The notes beneath the pieces are model-generated. The model was not told where the DNA came from and did no database searches. It worked only from the letters and a program-made list of their open reading frames with translations. DNA of 64,000 nucleotides from Squalus acanthias. Lineage: Eukaryota. The stretch lies in the NCBI GenBank assembly GCA_030390025.1, contig CM059427.1, positions 57,598,001 to 57,662,000 of the forward strand, in the 5' to 3' direction. Positions 52,241 through 64,000 of the stretch are shown here, in pieces. The translations under genes were made by a program, and so were the position numbers. Position 1 is the first letter of the stretch, and each line of letters opens with the position of its first letter.

Positions 52241-53129
52241 AACACCAATATATACGTATTACCTCCGCTTAAACTACCCTCAGTAATCTATAGGTCACTT
52301 CCTTGCAGTACCAACAAAATATTACGATACCCTTTGGCAACAGTAGCACTTCTGCACTATTTAAGAAAGGTAAATTATTTATATGATATAGAAAAAAAGT
52401 GTAGAATTACTCTAATGTTCTGCAGCAGTCCATTTATGCAATGATTTTGAGTTTTATTCTGAATACTGCAAAGACATTCCTCACTCAAAGGATTATAGGA
52501 ATGTTAAGAAATTACTTTGAACAATACCCATAGAAAAATATTTTGGGTCTCATCTAAATACTGGATTAAAATATCTAATGTACAAATTATATAATCTTAC
52601 ATGTCTTGATCTTAACTTTCTCATCTATAGTATGGTTGAGTGCGAGTTAACCTAAATAAGATCCCATATCCTCAGGAATTGGATGGCTCTTCCAGAATGT
52701 TTTGAAAGAATGACAGACCTGATGACAGTTAATTACAAATACTCACCCCCTCAGTAAAGTTTCATGCAAAACTTGTATTTTTCAAAATTCACTGTGCCAG
52801 CAATTCTGCTGTATTTTGTATAAACAACGAACATTGTTATTTGTGCTGATGTAAGTTCGAATGTATTTTACAGAAACATTAACTGCAATCTGGGCAGTGA
52901 ATGTCAATTCCTCGGTTAGATGGAGGCTTACTTTGGGTCAGCAAGAGTGGCAATTCACAATTACAATTATTAATGGGTGCGTTCAATGTCATTACATTTT
53001 TGAAAGCACATCTCTCCAAATAAGCCCCAACTCAGTCAAAACCAGGAGTAAAAACTGTGCACGGAAAAAAAAAATCTCATTATAGCAGCTTTGCAAATAT
53101 TAAAACTGAGAGAATGCTTCTATCCCCCG

Positions 53130-53530
53130 AATCACCTCCGTGCACGCACCCTGTCTCAGCGGCACCTTCCAAGCGAGACCGAGGCGCTTCTCTCGGCCTA
53201 GTTAACCCCCACCCCCAAACCGAACCAAAATTCACCAAGACTGAATGCCCAGGCTTGTCTCCAGGTCCCGGTACAACGCTGACTGCACCCTGCGCGCGGC
53301 TGTGGTTGCTCAGCGGCCCGAGCCCAGAGCGCGAGCTGCCAGCCCACCTGTCACTCAGTCACGGCGTCTCCCACACTCCCTCCTTCCGGCAGTTCCGTCA
53401 CCATGGCAGCCGCCGCGCGCGCGCGCGCGTGCTTCAGGCACCATTCCGCGCGCGCGAACCCCAGGCACTTTTTCGCGCGAGACCCGCGCTGCCTCCTCCC
53501 CCTTTCCCCACGCAGCAAGTTTTAAAGCGG
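53130..53530 (-). promoter_or_regulatory. CpG island, probable GTDC1 promoter and non-coding first exon (candidate donor CAG|GTGGG, exon end 53348)
   Basis: The most CpG-dense non-transposon segment of the window. It contains (CG)8 at 53414-53429, E2F-type TTTCGCGC at 53471-53478, ETS-type CCGGAAG (minus, ~53382-53389) and X-box-like GTCACCATGGCAGC at 53397-53410. The GTDC1 ATG exon has a splice acceptor, so an upstream exon must exist. Confidence 0.72.
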
Positions 53531-53541
53531 AACCATCCTTC

Positions 53542-53729
53542 AAATGCAAAAAAAAAGTGCCTTTTTTATGCAAAAATAACACCCCGTGCCTTTTTTATTA
53601 TAATACTAAATGCAAAGAAACCCATACCTTTTTTTATTATACTAAATGCAAACAAACCCGTGCCTTTTTTTCTATAATACTAAATGCAAAAAGAACCCGT
53701 GCTTTTTTTCCCCCTCTATAATAATACTA
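53542..53729. repeat. AT-rich minisatellite, about 5 imperfect copies of a ~36-45 bp unit
   Basis: Approximate unit AATGCAAA(n)AAACCCGTGCCTTTTTT(T/C)TATAATACTA, in tandem directly beside the CpG island. Confidence 0.85.
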
Positions 53730-55679
53730 GTTTTGCAGCAGAAAAGCGCTCTTCAATGCCAGCTGCTCATTCTGTCAGATTTGAATGCACCGAGTTAAAC
53801 GTCTTCCTCCGCGCTCCGGGATTGCTGTTAAGTCTTGACAATCAGAGTGTGGAAAGGAACCGCTATCTGTTGGCGGCTGCATTTAAAAAAAACAATGTCA
53901 TGACGACAAAACAAAAAAGAATAGGAGAAAAAAATGTGCAACAGAAAAATGAAATTGTCCTGATTCCATCTGTTGAACACAGTGAATTTGCTCTCTAGGG
54001 CACAGCATAAGCTGTATAGTGTTGCACAATTGTAGCTGCATCCAAAACGGGTTTCTTCTTCTGTTGTGCATTTTACGTATTTTCTTGTATTTTTAAATTT
54101 GGCGTGAGTGGGTGTGTATGCACTACATAAATCTTAAGTTCTTTCAGGATTTCTCAAAAGATAACCAGTTCCAGGTTGATCCCCTTTGCCTCCATTTACT
54201 TCTAAAAGCAACCAACATTTTCCTATTCGGTCCAAAGAACTGACATCCCAAAATAACGCTGCCAACTTGGTTCTCCACCAGCTAATGGTAAAACCATAGT
54301 GCACGCTAAACCTGTGAAAAGGTCAAATGTCAGTGCAGTTTGATATATTTGGGTCTCATATTATGTTAAATTGATGCAGATAGTTTGCATTAGGTCTGCT
54401 TCTTTACTGTGGTGGTATTATTAGCATAGTAAACTCTTTAAGTCATTGCCAGGAACAGACCACACCCTAAGTCAATTGAGAGAATGTGAAAGTGAGTGCT
54501 GGAAATAGAGCCCAATGAAACGTACTGCTGGATATAAAATGCCTGCCTTTACTCCATTTTATTTTATAGGCAAAATAACTTTATTCATGTTGTTTTATTG
54601 TTTATTTGACATAAGTTTGAGATTCCTGTTTATGAATAGGTTTGAAGATCATCAACTAGATTTCTGACCTTTTGTCCTCACAGTTTCCAATGTTGGGAGT
54701 CCTGTAAAAAGTTTATCCCACAATCTCCTGGGGATGGAGCTATCCTTTTTAGCATTTGACGTATTAACCTCTCATCATGACATTTCTAGGATCATTCTAA
54801 ATAATTTGTGTGGGTCGCTGGCTAATTATGTGTAAATATGTGTTACTATATTAACATTGACATTTTGGGTTCCAAGTCCCGGTAAATTTGAAGCCAGTAA
54901 TGGTGGTGAAGTCCTGACGTCAGAAGTTGCTTGGCTTATTTTCCAACTCTTTTATGCACAACTACCTTTAGAAAAGAGCCTACAGTTTATCTGACCCTTT
55001 TGAGGTTTACTGGTTTTCAGAAGCAGTTGTACAACATAGATAAGTACACGTGTTAAATAAATACTGTTGGCACTCACTAAACCCCCAAGAACACAAGTCA
55101 AACTATTGCATTGGTCCTAGTTAACACCTAAAACAGTCTTTAGCATTGTAAGCATGTAGAAAGGATTTGGGGACGAACCAAATCTTAGAATACTCCACTG
55201 TATAATAAATAGGTGAGCTGTCTTTTTTAAAACAGCTCTTTTAAAGTGGAATGGTACAGAATTGGTACATAATATCCATTATAAGCAACACTTTCTTTGG
55301 AAAGAATTTTGGGTTTCAAATTCTTCATTGGAATAATTCTGTAATTAATTGTAGGATAACAGATGCCTGGGATTCAAGGTACCATTCAATTGAGCAGTTC
55401 TGATGATGTCAACTATGACAGCAACATGCAAGCTGGTCACCAAAAACAGAACCCCAAAATCGAACTATGAGCTTAATCTCACTACCAGCTATTTGCTATT
55501 CTTTATAAGAGTCCTTTCTTACTGTAGAGTAGTGGGCCCAGTAGGGCACATTAAAAGTGATACAGATGTGGGAACTGAAGGTATTTGTCATCCTGTAATT
55601 GGTACTACAACATATTTCTGTAGCAGAAAACATGAAATGTCCTGAATACATGAAAAGAAAGTCCACAAAAGTAAAAACA

Positions 55680-55862
55680 CAATATAAAAACAGAAAATGC
55701 TGGAAGTACACAACAGATCAAACAGCACCCAAAAGAAATTTTGTTTTAATGTTTCAGATGAGCTACTTCCTCAGAACTTATGATATCCTCACAAGGAGTC
55801 CCTCCTGAAGTGTTTTTTCTTTTTCAGATGCTGCCTGACCTGCTGTGCATATCCAGCATTTA
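55680..55862. mobile_element. Decayed Penelope-derived foldback unit
   Basis: aaaaacagaaaatgctggaagtac ... cagatgctgcctgacctgctgtgcatatccagcattt. Confidence 0.65.
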
Positions 55863-58800
55863 CTACAGAAAAATAACCTGAAAACCATATATAACTAATC
55901 ATTTGTGCCTTGGGTACCAATGATAGTTAGGAAGAGTGCATTATTAATGATTAAATAAAGCATTTTCAAATCTGTACCATTCCACTTTAAAAGAATTACC
56001 ATTTTAAAAACAGTTCCGTTAGTTGTGTACTGTAGGTACACCATTGAATCAATATGATTTAATGCTAGTATCAAATTAATACTGTTACGGGTCTATTGAA
56101 CAATCACATTTTCATCAATGCTGGTCTGATATTCCTGTGCCAAGGCCATTTATGATATGGATGTCCATGTATATAAATTTAAATTTTTGTTACTTGCAGT
56201 TCAGGCCAGTTTAGATACACGGCAAGAGCGCACTTTTAAAAGAGGAAAGCTCTCTGACAACAAAAACTGCATGTGGAGTTTTTAATAAACTTTAAATTAT
56301 CCTGTTTATTGTTCGAATCTCATGACTTAAACAGTATATTGTCTTTTTGTTCACTTGGAGAATTTAAGAATGTTTTCCCACATTCTCCAAGTTTTTTTAA
56401 AAACATACTTTAATAATGCTTTCTTTTACTGTGTTGTGCATTAATGTTAAACTATTTATGTGTCATGCAAATTATAATATCAATAAATTAGTGTCAAAGC
56501 AGTTGGAACTGTAACACAGCACTTTTCTCCTCAAGGAAGTCACTCTCAAAGGAAATTATACATTCGATTAAACTGAAGTGACCCTGTTTATAACTTGTCT
56601 TGTGTGGTTTAACAGTATTTAGTCAGTGTTGTGCATATTAATTGTGCTTTATTGATTACAGCCGAATGCATCCGGCATATGTTCTAGAAATTGTTTACAG
56701 CTTGTACAATATTCCCTCAGTTGAATGTGATGTACAAAGTAACTGTAGTGTAACTTGCTGAGGAGTTACTAAACTGCATTCATATCATATTCAGATCACA
56801 AGTTGAAACATCATTCTCATCACACCATCATTTGATCAATGCATGTTTTGTAATAATTTACTCAAGTAAACTTTTGTGTCCCTCATTCTTCAAATTCTCT
56901 GAATGACAATCTTCCTCATCCCATTCAGTGCAGATCAATTCTACACTAACATTTCTGTTCCAGTTGCATACACATCATTAGACCCACTGTAAAATGCATT
57001 TAACTTTTGTGACGTGACCATGTGTTAGGACCTAAGATTGAAATTCTAATTTCAGTAAGAATCCCATTAATTTTGGTAGCAACGCAGCTGATGGTAACAG
57101 CAACTACAGATGCTGTTGTGCTTTTACAGCAGAAGAAAACAAATTTATTTAGTATTAGCTTTTGTATTGCTTTATTGAATTTTTTAAAAGAAGCAATCTG
57201 AAGCATAACTACAATCCAAATCATGAACTATGTTTCTTGAAAAAGTAATGTGGACTGTTTAAATTGTATAGACTTCATGGCTTGAATGTTAAATGTAGTT
57301 CAATCATTTGTTGAAACCGAATAAATCACTGCTGGTCCATTGTAAAATTTGTTCAAAACGTTGATTTTATGCCGTTACCATACGCACAGCTGTGTCAAGA
57401 CTTCTTTAAAATTTGATGGAACAAGGCGACATGTCTTCGTTGTCTTTTATTAGATCACTATTTATAAACCCTGCCTTTGCTGCATTCTTGTTTAATGTGT
57501 TAATGACAGCATTCATGGGCTTTCTTCAGAAATGTTCACTCACACGTCCACACAGAATCCAATCGACTCTTGAAATCTTACTTCTATTTTTATCACTTTA
57601 CAAACCTTGCTATCCGTGTCCTGATGACAAACATGCTGAAGTATGAAAATAAATAACATCTCCTTATACATGTTAGAACAGAGTACGGAACAACTGCTAA
57701 ACCATTTTGAGATTGTTAATGTTTTATCTGTTTCGTGATTTCCCACTGTTGGATGGGGAATTCAACTTATCTTTTTAGAGTGATCCAGAGGGGGTCATTT
57801 AATGTAATATTTTATATTATAGTGAATATAGGTAGTAACAAGAAGAAATCTGCTGTTGTATTAAGGGTCAGGCTGGGGGGGAAAATCAATTGATCTACTT
57901 TTTCCTCTCCTTAGAGAGATTATAATATTATTATTCTCAAGGATTCTTGTGTGCTTATTCTTACAACCAAGCGTTATTTTAAAATCAATCGATCGTAAAA
58001 CAAATTACAGAACAAAATGAAAAAAAACTTACATGGCAAAGGGTTTAAAAGCTTCACTTTATACTGTTTTATGTGCACTTTGACTGAAACATGTGTGTTT
58101 TACTTCTGTCTTTTTTTAATGCTTTCCCATCGCTATTGATGTTCAGTGAAAATATTACCAAAATGCTTGGGGCATTCTCCAACAGACATATAATGATCCT
58201 TACTATTTTTATTCTTGCAATTATGTCCAAGCTATTTCACAGATCTTCAGAGAACACCTTTAACAACAGTCCTGTTCAAATTGCTGTGCAAATTCAAATC
58301 TGTCAATATATTATTCTGCAGTAAAGCATTAAGGTACTGTATTTTATCACCCTTTAATACGGCAATCAAGTATAACAAAAATGACTTGTAAAAATGCTGC
58401 AGGGAAAATATTTCTGAATATTTACTTTGACTCTATTTTCCTAATGTCACGAGAAATGCATCATCATCCCTATACGGTGTCAAATCTGGTCTAGCAAAGA
58501 ACCTGCTACTGCTGCCTTGGAGCAACTGAGGACTCTGAATGTTCAAAGTAATGCGTTAAAAATCACTAATGATGGTTTAAGGATGGGTCCTCGCAGGTTT
58601 TTCATATGATAGGGCGACTGGTAAAATCTACCTCTTATAATTTGAACAAATTGCCTGGCTAATACCAAAGTCCCAAATGCTGCTTTCCATAGTGCACTGC
58701 AGCTTTAACTAAGTAAAGTTGGATGTGAGATCGAAACTACTTTTGTTGCTTTCTCTATGAATTCAAGGCATTTCTTCAGACGTTACCATTAATCTAGAGA

Positions 58801-60283
58801 CTGGATTGTGTTCTTCTATTATTGGGAATGCAATAAAACGTGTGATCTTACAATAATGATTTCACTCATTTAGGTTCTGTGACTTTGCCTTAATAAATTT
58901 TTAAAAATTAAGAAAGTGTAAGCGAAACACTTGATTAAAAAGGAGTTGTTCACTGGGAAGTTATCGGTCTGTTTGTGGAATGGTTGTACCTGCAATGTTC
59001 TTAAAATGGAAAAAATATAGCCGACGATAAGGGAAATTAATATTAGTACGGACACTTCTATTCAAACACACATTATAAATACATATTATGAACCATTTAT
59101 GGGTCTCAGAATATGAACTTTAAGAAAAATGTGATTATATTTTAAAGTGGATAGTGCTGAAGTATGCTTTAACGGTCTTGCTTACGTATAGAGCTGAATG
59201 GCTGAAAAGAATTTTACAACCCCAGGCAAGCCTGACATTACCTTTTTTAATTGGATTTTGTAATGGATGTCTTTTAAAAGTCTTCCTCTCAACCTGCACT
59301 AGTAAGAAAATTGATGTTTTTTTAAGACACCAATCAATTAATTGGTATATTCCTGAGATCAACTTAAACGAGCTGTAAAAGCCGTTTCAAAATCAATGGT
59401 TTGGCAGTTCAAAAAACTGCATGTCAATCACAATCACTGGTCTTTTAGTTATCATCTGATCTCCGATTTGTCTTCATTACGTGTAATGTATCTTAATTGC
59501 CTGCTGGAAATTCAGACTGTAGTGTAACCAGATCCTGGTTACAATTCAGGGAGACACTATTCAAACCACCACTGGCCTATTGCTGTGAGAACCCCACTCT
59601 CTTTATTTAAAAAGGCAGCATTCCATTTTGTTAGCCTATGCAGTCTGTATGATGAAATGATAAAGCTGTGTGCATCGCACAACTTTCAAAGTACTCTATC
59701 CTTAATCAAAAGCTCAATATTGATTTTCCTTCAAATTAAATCCTGTTAATAAAATCTAGATAGCTTATTTAAAAGAAGCCCCTACTTTATGCACCAGCCA
59801 TGCTACATTTCTTGATGGTACTTTACACCTTATTAGAAGAGTGGATGAGAGAAATAATATACCCTGTAGGTTTGGCTGCAGATCACCTTTAAAACCCAAA
59901 TCAACTAAATACAGGGCAACACAAGGAATAAATCTCCTTCATGCAATGTCAGTTTTATACAATGTGCCCAGTCCTCATTTAGTCTGTTGCTTTCCTCTCA
60001 GCAAGCTTATGAAATAAATCCAACCATATAATTTTGTTTATTTTGAGATGGTGAGAGAAATATAAAAGTGGACATTGAGTGAAATAAATAGGACGACAAT
60101 ATAAATTTAAGTTAATAAATATTTTTTTGTTAACAATGCTGTGGATGAAACTGTAATTCTTCATGGTTTGAAGACAATCCTACAGTTAGGAAGGAAACAC
60201 TATACATTATTATGCACATCAGTTTGCTGCAGTGATGTCCATAGAACCTTAAGCTGCACGTACAGGTCCTAGTTTGGCTACAT

Positions 60284-60289
60284 TTTATT
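60284..60289 (-). terminator. Candidate proximal polyadenylation signal (AATAAA) of ZEB2
   Basis: Plus-strand TTTATT about 1.44 kb downstream of the stop, just past the miR-200 site cluster. Confidence 0.55.
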
Positions 60290-61039
60290 CGAGCATGGTC
60301 ATTTCCAAGAGAAATTACAAATTGAAAATTTAATAATACTTTTACAAAGACAATTCAGGAAAGATTTCTGTCATGGTATCATACATTGTATTTTAACAGT
60401 CCCTCTTTTTTTTTTAGCTAAAAAACAGATGAAGAAAGTGGAATTTTCAGTTGAAAATACAGTGTTTTCACAAGATCGTATCAAAAGTTCTCAAATTTGG
60501 AATCCAGTAATTGGAAAACAAAATAAAATAATAAATTGAAAATTCGTATCTCACAATTAATGTTTGAAAACACAATAAATGCTCTTCTCATTACGTAAAA
60601 TTTGCCCAAATGATCAACCTCATGTTCCTTTACTAAAATATATCTATATATTGAAGAACTATAATACTGTACACTACAGTATGAAATAAATAAAATTAGG
60701 AAATATAAAATGAGCAACATAAATAAATGTTATTTGACCTAAAATAAAATGAATGCAAATTGTTGCAAAGTTTGGTGTAATACTGACAAGTTAATGAACA
60801 AAAAAAGTACAGAAAATTGCACAAACATATGTAAACTAAGGAACTGCTGCCTAGAATCTAATACTGACATGGGTGCTTCAAAGAACAGGGTGAGCTGTTT
60901 AACACTGAAGCTGGTGCAAGGTAACTTTAGTTACCTTTTTTAGCACTATACAAGGATGGCACTTGCAGAACACACAGATTAAAGGTTTGCATATAAGGCT
61001 TTTTAAAACCACCTTTCAAAAGGCTTTCTCCATCATTTG

Positions 61040-61040
61040 C

Positions 61041-61080
<40 letters not shown>

Positions 61081-61097
61081 TACTCTCACTCTTTCTA
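61040..61097. repeat. (CT)n microsatellite, (AG)n in the ZEB2 3'UTR
   Basis: Seen directly in the sequence. Confidence 0.95.
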
Positions 61098-61728
61098 TTC
61101 CTTCATAGCTGGGCCACTTTAAGACTTCAATGTCTAAAAAATCACACATGCATCATTTCATGATCCTTCAAAAAATTCTTGGAACCTAAAACATTGTGTG
61201 GTTGCAGAAACGGGCCTAATGACTGGGTCAAACTACAAACAATTCACTAAAATACTGTTGTTTACTTATACAGGTATGGGTAGAAGCACAGGCATTACAT
61301 TTTCAAGTTACTGTTGTGTGATAATATACATAGGTAGAAACATAGACAATACATTTCTTTTTAGAATTTTGTGTAGTAATACAAGTGGCATGTAATGCAA
61401 TATACTCCACTATTTTGTGCTAAAAAAAACTATTAACAGAAGGGTAATTTAGGCTGCTGGAACCACACATTTTTTTAGGCCCTAACACTGAACATTTTTT
61501 TTTGCATAATGCAACTCTTCACAACCCAAACTTGACTAATTCCTCCTAACACTGTCTCTTTTTTTTTCTTTTTTTTTCCTTTTTTTTGCATCTGACAGAC
61601 TGCCCCATCTGTCCAACACTCAGGCTTCCAGGAAGCATCAGGCACGTGCATGTACAGCTTAACACAGCAGTGTTTCAAGCAAGTAACAATACTACTGGAA
61701 GAAGTAGGAAGCTAAAATGCAGTAGTTA

Positions 61729-62303
61729 TTATATGCCGTCTTCCACATTGTCTTCATGTTCTGATTTGGTTTCCGTTTTCTCGTCAACTGAGCTATCGTC
61801 CATTGAGTGGTCACCATTCTCCTCTTCGTCTCTTATTGTATCCTGATCCGTATCCATGCTTTTATTTTCACTCTCTTCTTCCTCTTCGTCAAATTCCTCT
61901 TCCCCTTCTTGCCTTACTAGTTTCTCTTCATCCTCTTCGCCTTCCTTTTCCTGCTCTCGTTCACTCTCTACCTCTCTTGACATGCTTTCTCGCTCCTCAG
62001 AGTCCGAGTAGCCCTGAGGAGTAATGCTCTGTAAGTAGGGCCGATTCATCAGTAGCTCTGCAGGTTCTAAGTGGCCCTTCTGGCGGGCCTCTCGTTCAGC
62101 TGCTTCCCTTTCCTCTGCCTCCCGTTTGCAATAGGAATATCTGTGGTTCATGTGCTGCGAGTAGGACCCTGAGTGTGAGAAGCGTTTGCCGCACTTGTCA
62201 CACTGATACGGTTTCTCACCAGAGTGCAGTCGTGAATGTTCAATAAGATGGTGCTTATGTTTAAATGCTTTCTTACAAATTTGACATTGATGTGGGCGCT
62301 TTC
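61729..62303 (-). CDS. ZEB2: ZEB2 terminal coding exon: two C2H2 fingers plus acidic C-terminal tail
   Basis: Acceptor ttttcattatAG at 62305-62304. Reads (G)[71 protein letters not shown]...EDNVEDGI, with stop TAA at 61731-61729. The tail matches ZEB2 rather than ZEB1. Confidence 0.97.
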
Positions 62304-63002
62304 CTATAATGAAAAAAACACAAGCAAGAAAACAGATTAAGATATAATGCTAAAATGTTCTAATATGATTTAACAACCTTCTAATAATTTAGATACCTTT
62401 GGTGCATCTCCAAGCACATGTCAAAGTGTCAGAAATCTTCAAGTGTTCAGAATTACTGTCAATCATAACTGTCAAAGGTACTACGGATCATTTCTCTGCC
62501 CTGAAGCTAAACAATGTTTTGAGTACAGACTGTCTGTACTTTTGAAAAGATAATTTATGATTTAATAAAGTAAAATATTTAAATGTTTTCGCAAAAATCA
62601 CTATGAAGATTCTCAAGTTACTAAAAGGGAGGATTCCTGTCAAAAGTGGAAAAGTAATGATTTTTTTTTCCAGATAGCAGCTGTAATGACAGAAAAGAAT
62701 GAGATATATTTATAACAACATCAAGTTATGATACGCGCTTCATTTTTAACCTATGTAATTGAGAGTATCTACTTTGGCATTTCAGCCAACGTGTGACCAG
62801 AGTTTGGAACTTGGAGCCTTGGCCAAGCAAACATCTGGCTAATTCCACACCACAAATAGCACTGGAATGCATTCAACACCTTCCATAGCTGCAATACTTG
62901 AAGCATAATTCAAAAATAGACATGACAGCAAATCCCTGTCAGTCTAATACCACAGGACAAAATGGAGAACAGATTGGGAAGGGATTGATGAAACAGGATG
63001 AA

Positions 63003-63043
<41 letters not shown>
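63003..63043. repeat. (TG)n(TA)n compound microsatellite in the ZEB2 last intron
   Basis: Seen directly in the sequence. Confidence 0.95.
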
Positions 63044-63050
<7 letters not shown>

Positions 63051-63356
63051 AGAGAATAAAATGAGGGGGGGAAGGAAAATAAGTTTAAAATATATTAAAA
63101 TTGAAAACTGGATGAAGGATTTGGACAGGAAAGAAACAGTACAGTGATGGTGCCAATTACAGTGCAAGTGTTACATCGTAAAGTCCCCCACCCTTAAAGA
63201 TGTAATGTCATACTTCTCATCCCAACCCCATGAATAGATGATTCCACAGCTTATATCCTTAACACCGTATCATGTTAAATTGCCTTAATAAAAACTCTCT
63301 TTGTAAAATAAAAACATTGTTGAACCATCACAGGGAATAAAAAGTAATCACTTTTA

Positions 63357-63620
<264 letters not shown>

Positions 63621-64000
63621 CTAAGATAACATACATTTTTATTAGAAAACCCACTGACCTCCAACACAAATAAATACCTTTCGCTGTCTCTTGTGATTTC
63701 ACAATAGGCAAATGCAATACCATATATAAAACATTTAATTTACAAGGCTCAACTCTGAAAAGGCATTAAACCCGAGAGTCAAATGAAAGAGATTTATACA
63801 TGTATTAAATGCACAAGGTGAGTTGTGTGTATGTGTTTACTGGTTTTGTAAAATAAATTTATCTCAATGCCGAATTCTTTAACTGGAAACTGCAAAAAAA
63901 AACTATTAGTTACTGATAAGGTTTACTGTGTAAGTAGCCTTGTGAGTAACTGCCTTGTGACATTCTTTTAAATTATCAGTACTGATTACACACTTGCAGC

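Larger units (their letters stand above)
59935..61554 (-). promoter_or_regulatory. miRNA target-site cluster in the ZEB2 3'UTR (miR-200b/c/429, miR-141/200a, miR-205, miR-192/215 and others)
   Basis: mRNA-sense CAGTATTA at 60662-60669, 60778-60785 and 60859-60866. CAGTATT at 61251-61257, AGTATTA at 60334-60340. CAGTGTTA at 60900-60907, 61483-61490 and 61547-61554. ATGAAGGA at 59935-59942, TAGGTCAA at 60734-60741. Confidence 0.85.
57140..61728 (-). other. ZEB2: ZEB2 3'UTR (proximal end ~60265; possible distal extension to ~57140)
   Basis: AT-rich sequence without recognisable transposons, downstream of the stop, with many miRNA seed matches. Minus-strand AATAAA at 60284-60289 and at 57144-57149 / 57171-57176. 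The distal end is an inference. Confidence 0.7.

Noticed and set aside
53057-53721. 206-aa and 158-aa plus-strand ORFs as a novel gene
   Set aside because: They are by-products of a stop-poor CpG island plus the minisatellite (RARAR and FFIILNAK repeats), with no recognisable domain.
53542-53729. Regularly spaced ~40-bp repeats as a CRISPR array
   Set aside because: Units are contiguous and degenerate with no unique spacers, there are no cas genes, and the context is vertebrate. It is a minisatellite.

Overview
Vertebrate genomic DNA, most likely an elasmobranch (shark/ray). That assignment is inferred from the repeat families: CR1/HER1-type LINEs, DeuSINE/SacSINE1-like SINEs and Penelope-derived hairpins. 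The window covers the conserved ZEB2-GTDC1 junction, with both genes on the minus strand. The right end holds the last two coding exons of ZEB2 (63440-63620 and 61729-62303) and a long, almost repeat-free 3'UTR dense in miR-200-family sites. A CpG island at ~53.1-53.5 kb is the likely GTDC1 (QTMAN) promoter and non-coding first exon, and the first GTDC1 coding exon is at 7079-7288. The ~46 kb in between is intronic and full of nested transposons: a full-length but frameshifted Tigger (DD32D) and its own 354-bp deletion derivative, CR1, L2, RTE and other LINE remnants, SINEs and MITEs. The most notable observations are (i) Penelope-derived hairpin retroelements carrying a minimal hammerhead-ribozyme motif, one with a 15-bp TSD; (ii) a perfect 32-bp inverted templated insertion; (iii) uORFs in the GTDC1 leader; (iv) a (CG)8 tract and a minisatellite at the putative promoter; and (v) a miR-200/141/205/192 site cluster. 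I found no prokaryotic-type system (CRISPR, operon) and no convincing novel protein-coding gene. All calls were made by eye, without database searches.
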